Assembly: GCA_963752595.1 (NCBI GenBank)
Contig: CAVVYZ010000005.1
Span: 314,751 to 378,750, forward strand
Origin: an uncultured delta proteobacterium
Lineage (GTDB): Bacteria; Desulfobacterota; Desulfomonilia; UBA1062
Reading direction: 5' to 3'
DNA length: 64,000 nt
Part shown: in pieces, positions 30,419 through 41,236 of the stretch
Numbering within the stretch: position 1 is the stretch's first letter
Layout: every line of letters starts with the position of its first letter
Notes under the pieces: model-generated
Database searches by the model: none
Told to the model about the DNA's origin: nothing
The model's input: only the letters and a program-made list of their open reading frames with translations
Made by a program: the position numbers and the translations under genes

Positions 30419-31999
30419 TTGAGAAAAATTGAGGTCTACGATACCACGCTCAGGGATGGAACCCAGTCCGAAGATGTTAATTTCTCGCTGGACGACAAAC
30501 GAGATATCGCGTGTAAACTCGATCAGCTGGGTGTGGATTTCATTGAAGCAGGCTGGCCCGGTGCGAATCCCAAGGATGGAATGCTGTTTTCCATGCTCCG
30601 GAAAATAAAACTGGACCATGCAAAGGTCTTTGCCTTTGGCAGCACCTGTAAACAGGGCAAGGCACCTGAAAAAGACAAAATGGTCCAGGAATTGATCAAT
30701 GCCCGTCCTGATGGAGTGACGATTTTCGGCAAGGCTTGGGATACCCATGTTACCGGCCAGGGAGGCCTTGGCTGTTCACTGGAAGAAAACCTGCGTATCA
30801 TCAGAGAATCCGTGGCTTATCTCAAGTCTCATTTTGCGAATGTCTTCTTCGATGCCGAGCATTTCTTCGACGGGTTCAAAAGGAATCGGGAATATGCGAT
30901 CGCGGTGCTGAAGGCTGCATCAGAAGGCGGAGCAGACAGGATGGTTCTCTGTGATACGAACGGGGGAAGCATTCCATCGGATATCTCCGCTACCATTGCT
31001 TTTATAAGGGATTCCTTCAAGATGCCTCTGGGGATTCATTGCCATAATGACGGCGACCTTGCAGTGGCCAACACGTTAGCAGCCGCACAGACAGGCGTTG
31101 ATCATGTACAGGGGACGATCAACGGCATCGGAGAGAGATGCGGAAATGCGAATATGTGTTCGATCATACCGAACTTAAGCCTCAAGATGAACCGCATAAC
31201 CATACCTCTTGACAACATGCGGATGCTCAATGAGGTTTCCCGTTTTGTAAGCGACATCGGCAATCTGTCACACAGCAAGAACCAACCCTATGTAGGGGAA
31301 TCGGCTTTTGCCCATAAGGCAGGCATCCATGTCAGCGCAGTGATCAATGACCCCGTCATGTATGAACACATTGACCCTGCCCTGGTAGGGAATCAGCGGA
31401 GGGTCCTGGTCTCGGACCAGGCCGGAAAGAGCAACATTTTATTCAAGGCCAGGGAATTCAATATTGACCTTGCAAAGGATCATACAACCGCAAACGAAAT
31501 CGTAAAGATCATCAAAGACCTTGAGAATTGCGGATTCCAGTTTGAAGGCGCCGATGCCTCCCTGGAACTGCTCATGAAGAAGGCAATGGGGATGTATGTG
31601 CGCTCCTTTAAGCTGAAAGGGTTCCGGGTAAATACCGAACGCAGGAGCGATGATTCAGACCCCATGTCAGAAGCCACCATCATGATCGAGGTGGATGGAA
31701 GTACCGAACATACTGCAGCGATGGGAAACGGCCCGGTCAACGCACTCGACAGAGCACTGCGAAAGGCGCTCCAAAAATTTTATCCGAGCATCAAGGATGT
31801 TGAGCTCCTCGACTATAAGGTCCGGGTGATCTCTTCGAGGACAGGGACAGAATCCGTCGTCCGGGTCCTTATCGAGTCCGGCGACAAGAAAAATCACTGG
31901 AACACGGTAGGCGTATCCAGCAATATTATCGAAGCATCCTGGATGGCCCTTGTAGACAGTATGGACTACAAGCTCTACAAAGATTCCAAGTGCCCGTAA
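30419..31999 (+). CDS. cimA: Citramalate synthase
   Basis: YDTTLRDGTQ, GWPGANPKD, DAEHFFDG, HKAGIH, C-terminal regulatory domain. Confidence 0.88.
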   Translation: MRKIEVYDTTLRDGTQSEDVNFSLDDKRDIACKLDQLGVDFIEAGWPGANPKDGMLFSMLRKIKLDHAKVFAFGSTCKQGKAPEKDKMVQELINARPDGVTIFGKAWDTHVTGQGGLGCSLEENLRIIRESVAYLKSHFANVFFDAEHFFDGFKRNREYAIAVLKAASEGGADRMVLCDTNGGSIPSDISATIAFIRDSFKMPLGIHCHNDGDLAVANTLAAAQTGVDHVQGTINGIGERCGNANMCSIIPNLSLKMNRITIPLDNMRMLNEVSRFVSDIGNLSHSKNQPYVGESAFAHKAGIHVSAVINDPVMYEHIDPALVGNQRRVLVSDQAGKSNILFKAREFNIDLAKDHTTANEIVKIIKDLENCGFQFEGADASLELLMKKAMGMYVRSFKLKGFRVNTERRSDDSDPMSEATIMIEVDGSTEHTAAMGNGPVNALDRALRKALQKFYPSIKDVELLDYKVRVISSRTGTESVVRVLIESGDKKNHWNTVGVSSNIIEASWMALVDSMDYKLYKDSKCP

Positions 32000-32090
32000 A
32001 AAAGCATAAACCCATTATACCTTAAGACTGCCCCTGGTTTATCCGATAAGATAAGTAGGAAGAAGCGATACAGGTTGGAAAGGGGCAGAT

Positions 32091-32369
32091 ATGTATAAAG
32101 AAAATCAGAAGATAGAATTCCAGGGGTTGCGGAAATGGATGAAGCAGGGTGAATACATCATATCCACCATTGCAGATGATGGAACCATCTGGACTTTCAC
32201 CAGCAGAACTCTGCCCATATTCGATTTCGGGAATACCAAGATCTTCCAGGCTCAGGAGTCCGGAATCGCTGAGGTCAGGGGAGTCGAGCGAGGAGACGAA
32301 CTCTACTTCTCGATTCAGGGAATCAAGGTATCCAAGGTATACGACTTCTTCTATCAGGACGATCTATGA
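32091..32369 (+). CDS. Hypothetical protein (92 aa)
   Basis: ORF with purine-rich RBS, followed by a terminator. Confidence 0.6.
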   Translation: MYKENQKIEFQGLRKWMKQGEYIISTIADDGTIWTFTSRTLPIFDFGNTKIFQAQESGIAEVRGVERGDELYFSIQGIKVSKVYDFFYQDDL

Positions 32370-32396
32370 TCCGCGTAACTGAAAGATGATTAACAC

Positions 32397-32423
32397 AGGA
32401 GAGGAAATTCCTCTCCTTTTTTT
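32397..32423 (+). terminator. Rho-independent terminator
   Basis: AGGAGAGGAA-A-TTCCTCTCCT followed by a T-run. Confidence 0.75.
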
Positions 32424-32643
32424 ATTTCCACAATACTCCCAGGAATATTGTGGCAATCGTCATGCACATAATCCACAAAGGTGTCTTTGATCTATTCTTA
32501 TCCCGGGAAACCTGACGGAATTCTATGAGGACGAATATTGCGACAGTAATGAATATGGCCCCGATCGAGTATATATTCAATCGGGATATGATCCCGGTTC
32601 CCATCCAGATACAAAAAGGGATGTAAAGGATTATCCAAGCCAT
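32422..32643 (-). CDS. Small hydrophobic hypothetical membrane protein
   Basis: 73-aa ORF with about three hydrophobic segments, AT-rich. Confidence 0.45.
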   Translation of the reverse strand: MAWIILYIPFCIWMGTGIISRLNIYSIGAIFITVAIFVLIEFRQVSRDKNRSKTPLWIMCMTIATIFLGVLWK

Positions 32644-32805
32644 GAAACCCTGTATACCATAAAGATTATCTTAAGAGAATTCCCAAAGAGGTTTTTACAA
32701 TTTACCGAAGCTTGAGCATATATATGTAGCTATGTTTTTTACGATGCATCCAATGTGTTTTATCCTTGATATTTTTGGTCATCCATGAGATAGGGGGGCA
32801 AATCG

Positions 32806-32878
32806 GAGCCAGTAGCTCAGCTGGTAGAGCATCGGACTTTTAATCCGGTGGTCGAGGGTTCGAACCCCTCCTGGCTCA
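32806..32878 (+). tRNA. tRNA-Lys (TTT)
   Basis: Acceptor GAGCCAG/CTGGCTC, D-arm AGCTCAGCTGGTAGAGC, anticodon loop CT-TTT-AA, GGTTCGAACCC; CCA not encoded. Confidence 0.96.
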
Positions 32879-32884
32879 CTGTAG

Positions 32885-32959
32885 GTCCCCATCGTCTAGC
32901 TAGGCCCAGGACACCGGCCTTTCACGCCGGCAGCAGGGGTTCAAATCCCCTTGGGGACG
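32885..32959 (+). tRNA. tRNA-Glu (TTC)
   Basis: Acceptor GTCCCCA/TGGGGAC, anticodon stem CCGGC CT-TTC-AC GCCGG, GGTTCAAATCC; CCA not encoded. Confidence 0.96.
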
Positions 32960-32967
32960 TTGAGGAG

Positions 32968-33000
32968 AAAGCCCTGGAGGTTATATCCTCCAGGGCTTTT
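32968..33000. terminator. Bidirectional terminator between the tRNAs and the convergent HD-GYP gene
   Basis: AAAGCCCTGGAGG-TTATAT-CCTCCAGGGCTTTT. Confidence 0.85.
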
Positions 33001-33952
33001 ATTTGTTTCCCTGCTTGATGATGTCGGAGAAGAGATCCACCAGTTCCGGATCGAGGACACTTCCTTTCATGGAAATGAGCATTTCCAGGGCCTTGTCCTT
33101 GTCATATGCCTTCCGATACGGCCGTTCGGTTGTCAAGGCATCATAAATATCAGCGACCGCAACAATCCTTGCTTCCAAAGGTATCTCTCCGCTTCCCTTT
33201 AACCCCGAGGGGTATCCCTTCCCATCATATCGCTCGTGATGATAAAGGATGATGTTCACGATCATTTCAGGAAGCCTTGCCTTCCTTGCTACATCTGCGC
33301 CCCACATGGGGTGGTTCCTCACAATATGGATCTCTGCATCATCGAGAGGCCCTTCATAATTCAGGATATTTTCGGAGACCCCTATCTTGCCGCAATCATG
33401 CAGCCAGCTCCCAAAGCGTATTGCCTTGAGATTCTTATCATCGAGGTTGAGTCTGCCGCCTATTGAAATAGCATGCTGCGCAACCCGCTCCGAATGACCT
33501 TTCGTGTAGGGATCTTTCAGTTCAAGGGCACGCACGAGAGAGAGCATGGCAGCATCATCGCCTTTGACAATCGATTTGATGAGCCTATAGCGTTTCAGGG
33601 CATCCATCACCAGCTCAACCAATTGAGTGTTTTCCCAAGGCTTTACAATAAACCTGAAAACCTCTACGCGGTTTATCGCATCTATCGCTGTTCCAAGATC
33701 TGCAAATCCGGTCATGAGGATCTTCACGGTATCGGGAGACATCACTTTAACCCGGGAGAGCAACTCCAACCCCATCATTCCGGGCATATGGTGATCGGAG
33801 ACGATCACTGCAATCTCGTGGCTCTTTACTTTTTCAAGGGCATCTTCTGCATTTTTTGCCGTGAGTATCCGGATCTCGTGTTGTTCGAACACAGCTTCAG
33901 CGATGTCCAAAATATAATTCTCATCGTCAACAAAAAGCACATATTCATCCAT
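32999..33952 (-). CDS. Response regulator with HD-GYP cyclic dinucleotide phosphodiesterase domain
   Basis: VLFVDDE, SDHHMPGM, KDPYTKGHSERV, LHDCGKIG, HHERYDGKGYP. Confidence 0.92.
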   Translation of the reverse strand: MDEYVLFVDDENYILDIAEAVFEQHEIRILTAKNAEDALEKVKSHEIAVIVSDHHMPGMMGLELLSRVKVMSPDTVKILMTGFADLGTAIDAINRVEVFRFIVKPWENTQLVELVMDALKRYRLIKSIVKGDDAAMLSLVRALELKDPYTKGHSERVAQHAISIGGRLNLDDKNLKAIRFGSWLHDCGKIGVSENILNYEGPLDDAEIHIVRNHPMWGADVARKARLPEMIVNIILYHHERYDGKGYPSGLKGSGEIPLEARIVAVADIYDALTTERPYRKAYDKDKALEMLISMKGSVLDPELVDLFSDIIKQGNK

Positions 33953-34055
33953 TTGAGTATCTTTCTCGTCCAAACATCGGAAAATGTTTAACAGAATCTC
34001 TCTGTATGACAAAGAACGCGTGGATATGTCAAATGACTTATGGTAAAAGATCAAT

Positions 34056-34406
34056 ATGCTTTCTTCTGGAGATGTGGTTGCCGTCTATTTCGATAATACT
34101 CCCTCAGTATATGCACGGATAGAAATGATCTCGTCTGATATTAAACCGCACTGGTACCAGATCCGACTGCTTTTTCTGAGTTTTCCTCCTCAAGAGGCCA
34201 CTTGGATTCTCAGGGAAGAATATCTGGAAGGCTCAGAGTTTACGATGAAAGACATACCTATTAAGATCATACCCTTGTCTAAACCGAGTACAGGCGAGAC
34301 ATCCGTTCAGAGCAAGCACCATGAGAAATCGAGTACCGGCAGCGTTTTATCGTTTGTAGATTTTCGTAAGAAGAAGCAAGGGGAGGACCCGGAAGATACC
34401 TCGTAA
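34056..34406 (+). CDS. Hypothetical protein (116 aa)
   Basis: Clean ORF, globular N-term (YARIE...WYQIRL...WILR), low-complexity tail. Confidence 0.65.
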   Translation: MLSSGDVVAVYFDNTPSVYARIEMISSDIKPHWYQIRLLFLSFPPQEATWILREEYLEGSEFTMKDIPIKIIPLSKPSTGETSVQSKHHEKSSTGSVLSFVDFRKKKQGEDPEDTS

Positions 34407-34602
34407 GATAAACTCTATTGCAACGATTCAACAATCTATTCTCTTTGCACTTGGGTAATATCATGGAACCCTTTCTTCTGGTCTTCCAAGGTTATCTCGT
34501 CTCCTTATCACAAAGAGCGTTTTTTTCCGTTCTATCAAGGCTTGGAGACGATCGTTAAAGTGGAGAATCTCATATGCCGATAGGCATTACCAAGGTGATT
34601 TA

Positions 34603-36311
34603 ATGGCGAACGAACGTATAGGCGATCAACTCATAAAGAATGCTTTGATTACCCCGAACAGCTCCTTGAGGCACAAAAAGCCCAGAAGGTATCCGGGACG
34701 AGGCTCGGGTCCCAGCTGGTAAAGCTCGGACATATCACCGAAGAGCAACTGGTGGATTTCCTCGGGAAGCAGTATGGCCTTCCGTCGATAATCCTGAAAG
34801 AACTCAATCCGGATCCGGACGTTATAAAGCTCATCCCGGTCAATATCGTTCAGAAATACAATGCCATAGCCTTTGAGCGGAACGGCTCCACCCTCAAGGT
34901 CGCCATGACGGATCCCACCAATATCTTTGCCGTAGATGACCTTAAATTCCTGACCGGCTATTCCATCGACGTCCATGTCACCTCCGAAGAGTCCCTGAAA
35001 TGGGCCCTGGATCATTACTATGATCAGGCCGCATCCCTGGACGATGCCCTGAGCAGCATGGAAGACGAGCAGGGCAATATGGAGGTTGCGACAGAGGGAA
35101 GCGATGCAGCGGTCGGCGATCTGGAAAAAGAGGCGGATCAGGCACCGGTTATCAAGCTGGTGAACCTTACCCTCGTGGATGCCATAAAAAAAGGCGCGAG
35201 CGATATTCATATCGAGCCCTACGAAAAATTCATGCGCATACAGGTTCAGGCTGGACGGCATGCTCTATGAAGTCATGAAACCTCCGATCCGGCTGAAAAA
35301 CGCCTTAGTATCCCGGTTGAAAATCATGGCCAAGCTCGACATCGCCGAACGCAGACTTCCCCAGGACGGGCGTATCAAGTTGAGGGTACAGGGCGGAAAA
35401 GAGGTCGAATTCCGGGTCTCCGTTCTACCCACCCTCTTTGGCGAGAAGGTGGTCTTGAGAATCCTGGATAAATCCAATCTGCAGCTGGACATGACCAAGC
35501 TCGGGTTCGAAGAAGGCGCACTTGCCAGATTCAAGGAAGGCATCTATAAACCATGGGGCATGGTCCTCGTAACAGGTCCTACAGGTTCAGGAAAAACAAC
35601 AACACTATATTCGGCAATTTCCGAACTCAACAAGATCGACAGCAATATTTCGACAGCTGAAGATCCTGTGGAGTTCAACATGCCCGGAGTGAACCAGGTG
35701 CAGATGCATGAAGAGATCGGCCTTACCTTTGCCGCTGCCCTGAGATCCTTCCTCAGGCAGGACCCGGATATTATCCTCGTGGGAGAGATCCGGGATTTTG
35801 AAACAGCGGAGATCGGCATAAAGGCAGCATTAACCGGTCACCTCGTCCTCTCTACACTGCATACCAACGATGCGCCATCCACAATAAACCGACTTCTCAA
35901 TATGGGCATCGAGCCATTCCTCGTTGCATCGTCCGTGAATCTCATCGTGGCCCAGAGGCTTGCCAGAAAAGTCTGCCCTGCATTGCAAGGAACGGGATGA
36001 CGTCGTCGTTGGAGACCCTCATCCAGATGGGTATGGATCAGGAAGCATGCCCAGAAGATAGAGTGCTTCAAGGGAAAAGGCTGCTCCGTATGCGGGAATA
36101 CCGGATATAAGGGAAGGATAGCCCTCTATGAAGTCATGCCGGTAACCGAAGCGATACAGAGAATTGATTCTCATGGGTGCATCGGCAACCGAGATCAAGA
36201 ACGAAGCAATTACCCAGGGGATGAAAACCCTGAGACAGAGCGGCCTCACCAAGATTCGTCGAGGGCGTGACTTCAGTCTCCGAGATTTTGAGAATCACCA
36301 TGGCAGATTAA
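34603..36311 (+). CDS. pilB: Type IV pilus extension ATPase, reconstructed across about seven single-base indels
   Basis: Fragments give an MshEN-like N-term, [40 protein letters not shown], CxxC...CxxC..TGYKGR; TAA at 36309-36311. Confidence 0.88.
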
Positions 36312-36326
36312 TCATGGGAGGAACTT

Positions 36327-37439
36327 TTGGAACAACAGCATATACGATCTCCTCAAGACGATGGTGGAAAAAGGGGCTTCAGACCTGCATATTACAACGG
36401 GATCACCGCCACAGGTACGAGTCCGGGGAGAGCTTTATCCCCTTGATGCACCCATCCTTGATCCCCAGGTCCACAAGGCAGATACTGTATTCAATCCTTA
36501 CCGAGGCTCAGAAACACAAGTTTGAGGAAGAGCAGGAACTGGATCTCTCCTTCGGAATCAAAGGCCTTGCCCGATTCAGGGCAAATATCTTCATCCAGAG
36601 GGGTGCGCTTGCCGGGGTGTTCAGGATGATCCCCTATGACATCGTCGCCCTTGAAACCCTTGGGCTCCCGAATACGTGATGCAAGCTCACGTACCTTCCC
36701 GAGAGGACTCGTCCTTGTGACCGGACCGACAGGGAGCGGAAAATCCACAACACTGGCCGCGTTCCTCGATAAAATCAATACGGAACGCCACGATCATATT
36801 GTCACCATAGAAGATCCCATAGAGTTCGTACACAAGCACAAGGATTGTATCGTCAATCAGAGGGAAGTCGGAGCGGATACAAAGAATTTTACCAATGCGC
36901 TCAAATATATTCTGAGGCAGGACCCGGACGTCGTATTCATCGGAGAGATGCGAGACCTGGAGACCATGCAGGCAGCTCTTACCATTGCCGAAACAGGCCA
37001 CCTGGTTTTTGCGACGCTCCATACGAATTCTGCTGTGCAGACAGTGAATCGCGTCGTGGATGCCTTCCCGGCCCACCAGCAATCCCAGGTACGGGCGCAG
37101 CTGTCTTTTGTACTCGAAGCAGTAATCTCCCAGCAGCTCCTGCCGAGGTCGGACGGAAAAGGAAGAGCTCTTGCATCGGAACTGATGATATCAACACCTG
37201 CCATCAGAAACCTGATCAGGGAAGATAAAATTCACCAGATCTATTCCCAGATGCAGGTGGGACAGACAAAGCATGGCATGCAGACCATGAATCAGTCATT
37301 GTTCAACCTTTTCACACGTAAAGCCATATCCCTTGACGATGCACTGGGATGGTCCATGGACCCGGACGAGCTGAGACAGATGATGGCTTCGCCCAACCAG
37401 ACCAGAGTAACACCCCCGAACCTTAAGGAAAGGAGATAA
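36327..37439 (+). CDS. pilT: Type IV pilus retraction ATPase, frameshifted in the 5' part
   Basis: [49 protein letters not shown]. Confidence 0.9.
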
Positions 37440-37442
37440 ACC

Positions 37443-38638
37443 ATGCCGGTTTTTGTTTGGGAAGGCAAGCTCGCAAACGGAACCATTAAAAAGGGAGAGA
37501 TCGAGGCGGATTCAAAAGGATCCGTGCAACTTCTGTTAAAGCGCCAGCGCATAGTTCCCACAAAAGTAAAGTCAAAACCGAAACAGATCACGCTCTTCGA
37601 CCAAAAGGTCAAGACAAAAGAAATCGTTATCTTCACCAGGCAGTTTGCCACCATGATCAATGCCGGTTTGCCATTGGTTCAGTGTCTTGATATCCTCTCA
37701 TCCCAGCAGCCAAACCCGACGTTTAAGAAGATCCTCTCACAGATCAAACAGGATGTGGAAAGCGGCAGCACCTTTGCCGATGCCCTGGGCAAGCATCCGA
37801 AAGTCTTCGACAGCCTTTTCGTCAATCTCGTTGCCGCAGGCGAGGTCGGTGGCGTACTGGATACCGTCCTGATACGGCTGGCAGTATATATGGAAAAGGC
37901 TGAGGCCTTGAAGGCGAAGGTTAAAAGCGCCATGACCTATCCCGATCATAGTACTTTTGAGTAGCCTTCCTCGTGGTAGCCGTGCTCATGATATTCGTCA
38001 TCCCGACCTTCAAAGACATGTTCGAGCAGTTCGGTGCAGCCCTGCCGGGGCCTACCCAGCTGGTGGTGGATTTGAGTAACTTCTTCCGGAACTACTGGTA
38101 CGTCATGGTGGTCGTTATCGTGTTTCTCATTGTCGCCTTCAAGTGGATCGGCAAGCAGGAAAAGGGAAGGTTTTATCTGGATACCTTGGCCCTGAAGCTC
38201 CCCATATTCGGTTCTCTTATCAGAAAAGTAGCCGTAGCAAAATTCACGAGGACCCTGGGAACCATGATCTCTTCGGGCGTCCCCATCATGGACGGACTTG
38301 ACATTACCTCCAGGACTGCAGGGAATGTCATTATCGAGAATGCGATCAAATCTGTCAGAAAAGCTATCAGCGAGGGTCAGTCCATGGCAGAACCCCTTGC
38401 TCAGTCAGGCATATTCCCGGGTATGGTGGTGCAGATGATTTCGGTCGGCGAAGCGACAGGTGCAATGGATCAGATGCTCTCCAAGATCGCCGATTTTTAT
38501 GACGAAGAGGTGGATGCGGCAGTCGATGCCCTCACTTCAGCACTGGAGCCCATGCTCATGGTATTCCTTGGCGGCGTAATCGGTTTCGTTGTCGTTGCCA
38601 TGTACCTGCCAATATTCAAGATGGCGGGCAGCGTATAA
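37443..38638 (+). CDS. pilC: Type IV pilus platform protein, frameshift near 37945-37960
   Basis: FTRQFATMINAGLPL, GEVGG.LD, AMTYP; second ORF VGEATG, LEP, MYLPIF. Confidence 0.9.
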
Positions 38639-38657
38639 GAAGTTTCCCGAGCGATGC

Positions 38658-38700
38658 CGATGTGCCCGGGGATCGAAGGATCTTCGGGCACATCGCTTTT
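38658..38700 (+). terminator. Rho-independent terminator after pilC
   Basis: CGATGTGCCCGGGGATC-GAAG-GATCTTCGGGCACATCG then CTTTT. Confidence 0.75.
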
Positions 38701-38875
38701 AATCCCTTCGTCCACAAAGATCTTTTGACGTTATGTCCGGCTGGATGTTATCCGGTTTTTAACACTTCCTCTTTATCCATGATTTAAAGAAAAGGATATC
38801 CTTCACTGCCGGGAAATCATTTTCAATAAAGATAAAGAGATGCTAGAGATGCTTTCGAAGGGAGATATACACAAC

Positions 38876-39181
38876 GTGAGTATTTTCGAGGTTATCATGC
38901 TGATTTGTTTTGGAGCAGCCTGGCCATCTTCCATCTATAAATCCTATATTTCTCGAACCTCCAAAGGAAAGAGCGTATTCTTTCTTTTTATCGTACTCAT
39001 AGGATATGGTTCGGGAGTATTTCATAAAATCTTCTTCAGTCCCGATTGGGTCATTCTCCTCTACATGCTTAATGGGTGCATGATCTGTATCGATATTATC
39101 CTGTACTTCAGAAACGCTTCTCTGGATCAACTGAGAGAAGGCCCTCAAAGGGAGTCCGGCCCATTCATCAGTTCTCGATAA
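38876..39181 (+). CDS. Small three-TM membrane protein, PQ-loop/SemiSWEET-like
   Basis: FGAAWPSSIYKSY.SRTSKGKS.FFL; GTG start after GGAG. Confidence 0.6.
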   Translation: MSIFEVIMLICFGAAWPSSIYKSYISRTSKGKSVFFLFIVLIGYGSGVFHKIFFSPDWVILLYMLNGCMICIDIILYFRNASLDQLREGPQRESGPFISSR

Positions 39182-39897
39182 CTGGTGAGGTGAATCGAAT
39201 TCTTTTCACGGAAAAGACGGTAGCTGCCGGAAAAGAGCATCTCCATCTCTCGGATTCGCCAGGAATCACCTCCCAGTGACGGGTGGACCACAAGTTCGGC
39301 CGGGAATACATCGATGTCGGATACCTTACCGGCACCTTCATATATTGCCTTGCAGAAATATATATTTTCCCTTTGTAAGATCGATCTCATTTCCTGATAC
39401 ATCCCCGGATCATAAGGAATGGGTTTTCTCGTTGTCAAACAATAGCCATGGCTGCTGTAACGTATTGCCGGTATATGATATGCTTTCATGAGATCGACGA
39501 GCAGGACAAAGATAGGATAGAAACCATGTACATGGTGATGTGTATCGATATGTGTGGGAGTGAGACCGGAGCTTAAAAAATGCTCAATTTGAAGGCATGC
39601 GGAATCACGGCAGTTCGAAAGAAATCCCTTGTCCCTGAAAAAATCTCGGAGCCTGTCCCTTGAAAAACGCTCTTCTCCCGGCTTATCCCAGCCCATGTGC
39701 ACATCCAGGTTGATGTGGAGGCCGATGTGCACGAGTCTTATCTCTTCTAGCCTCTCCAGAGCCTCACGAGAGTAGGTCGCATCGATCAACAGGGAGGTAT
39801 CGCTGATGACTCCCTGCTGAAGCCCTTTGATTATTCCCTCATTGATCTCCCTGCTCAAACCCAGATCATCGGCATTGGCGATGACCGGATTCATCAT
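39145..39897 (-). CDS. ChbG/HpnK (YdjC) family deacetylase
   Basis: NADDLGLS, GLHINL, THIDTHHHVH, ELVVHP. Confidence 0.85.
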   Translation of the reverse strand: MMNPVIANADDLGLSREINEGIIKGLQQGVISDTSLLIDATYSREALERLEEIRLVHIGLHINLDVHMGWDKPGEERFSRDRLRDFFRDKGFLSNCRDSACLQIEHFLSSGLTPTHIDTHHHVHGFYPIFVLLVDLMKAYHIPAIRYSSHGYCLTTRKPIPYDPGMYQEMRSILQRENIYFCKAIYEGAGKVSDIDVFPAELVVHPSLGGDSWRIREMEMLFSGSYRLFREKNSIHLTSYRELMNGPDSL

Positions 39898-40366
39898 TGG
39901 TCGCGATGCCAATAGAGCCGGACGAACCTTTCTCCTTCCGAGTACTTCACCTCCAGATCTCCCCGTACGCCTTGTGAAGGGCATCGCCGATATGCCTTGC
40001 CAGATGATCGTCAGTAAGGCTGACCCGGAGTATGCCATTTTCGTTTGTGAAATTGATAACCTTTTTGAGCGGTGAGCGGTTCTCTTCTTCTTTGATAATA
40101 TTCCGGATAAGATTCACAATCTCATTCCGGTGGTTGTTCAGGTACTTTCCGGATACCAGGACTTCCCCTGCAGGAAACCTGTCTCTTATCCTCCTGCAGG
40201 CCGAACAGAGATGCGGCTCCCGAAAAGTATCCCCCTGGTTAGGCCACTTCCATCTGCCGTGCTGGTAAAGAGCCCTGCATTGGGGACAATACATTCCTTC
40301 CGCGGGTTTTTTCCCTTCATCATACGGGTCATACGTTCTCGGCCTGATGGTTCTATCTAAACGCAT
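39894..40366 (-). CDS. BCAM0308-like CxxC zinc-finger protein; 3' end frameshifted near 39960
   Basis: CPQC...GRWKW...CSACRRIRDRFPAG, HLARHIGDALHKAYGG; corrected frame ends at the TGA overlapping the ydjC ATG. Confidence 0.7.
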
Positions 40367-40528
40367 ATCCCCTCCTATCACGTTGTACAAATAATGGTAG
40401 CACTGTAATGATGAAATGCAAGAGTAAATGGTGGGGATAATGGGTCTATGGAATGGGGATTACAAGGAAAGAAAAATTCTTTCAAATTCGTGAAGTATCT
40501 TATCTCCAGGGATCCATGAGACCGCTTT

Positions 40529-41236
40529 TCATGATTGCAACAAGATGGACCCGCTCACGAACTCGCGGATGGATCCGGATACGTTCACCAGAAGATGGCC
40601 CTGCATATCGAGATCTGTAATCCTGCAAGGAATTCCCTCTTCTGTGGTTATTTCATGATCATGGAGAAGTCCGTATTTAAGAAAAGCTTTCCTTACCGGA
40701 GAGAACCCCTGTGTGGAGAAAAGGGAATACCACGTATCAATGCTGAGGACTGCACGCTCCAGGACGCTCTCTTTATCCAGGTCTTCACCAATAACTTGCG
40801 CAAGTGAGGTTGCCCTGCCTTCGAGAAACGGAGGCCAGTTCCTCTGATTTACGTTTATCCCGATGCCGATTGCCGTGATCTTCCTGGATTCGCACAGAAT
40901 TCCGCAGATCTTTTTTCCCCCGGCAATGATGTCATTGGGCCACTTGATTTCAACAGGAACAATACCCTTGGTGAGATAGGAGGATACTGCTTCATGGATC
41001 GCAACGCCGATCACGAGAGGCAGCCTTGAATCCGAGCTGCCTACCGTGATGGTCATATAGATATTCGATCCCCTGGGTGAGAACCAGGAGCTGCCCAGCC
41101 TCCCCCTCCCGGAAGTCTGCTCGGACGCAGTGACCAGAAGCCCGACCTTCCCGGAATCTAGGGCAAAGGTATTTGTGGAGTCTACCTCACCCAGCTCGAT
41201 TGCTTCCCGGACGATTCCTGCAATGGGCTTAGGCAT
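40529..41236 (-). CDS. birA: Biotin-protein ligase (no HTH)
   Basis: VDSTN, QTSGRGRLG..W, IKWPND, KICGILCE, GIGINVN. Confidence 0.92.
   Translation of the reverse strand: MPKPIAGIVREAIELGEVDSTNTFALDSGKVGLLVTASEQTSGRGRLGSSWFSPRGSNIYMTITVGSSDSRLPLVIGVAIHEAVSSYLTKGIVPVEIKWPNDIIAGGKKICGILCESRKITAIGIGINVNQRNWPPFLEGRATSLAQVIGEDLDKESVLERAVLSIDTWYSLFSTQGFSPVRKAFLKYGLLHDHEITTEEGIPCRITDLDMQGHLLVNVSGSIREFVSGSILLQS

Noticed and set aside
32806-32959. tRNA-anchored integrative element
   Set aside because: No integrase and no duplicated tRNA 3' end in the window; a terminator follows directly.
37955-37965. In-frame TGA in pilC as selenocysteine or readthrough
   Set aside because: Falls within a double-indel site in a TM helix, with no SECIS-like hairpin or Cys context.
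24216-38700. Shared GTGCCC/GGGCAC cores in the hairpins after pilQ and pilC
   Set aside because: Only a short core is shared; both are adequately explained as terminators.
38857-38875. GAAGGGAGATATACA resembling the T7 g10/pET RBS (vector contamination)
   Set aside because: Short imperfect match serving as the native RBS; no other vector sequence.
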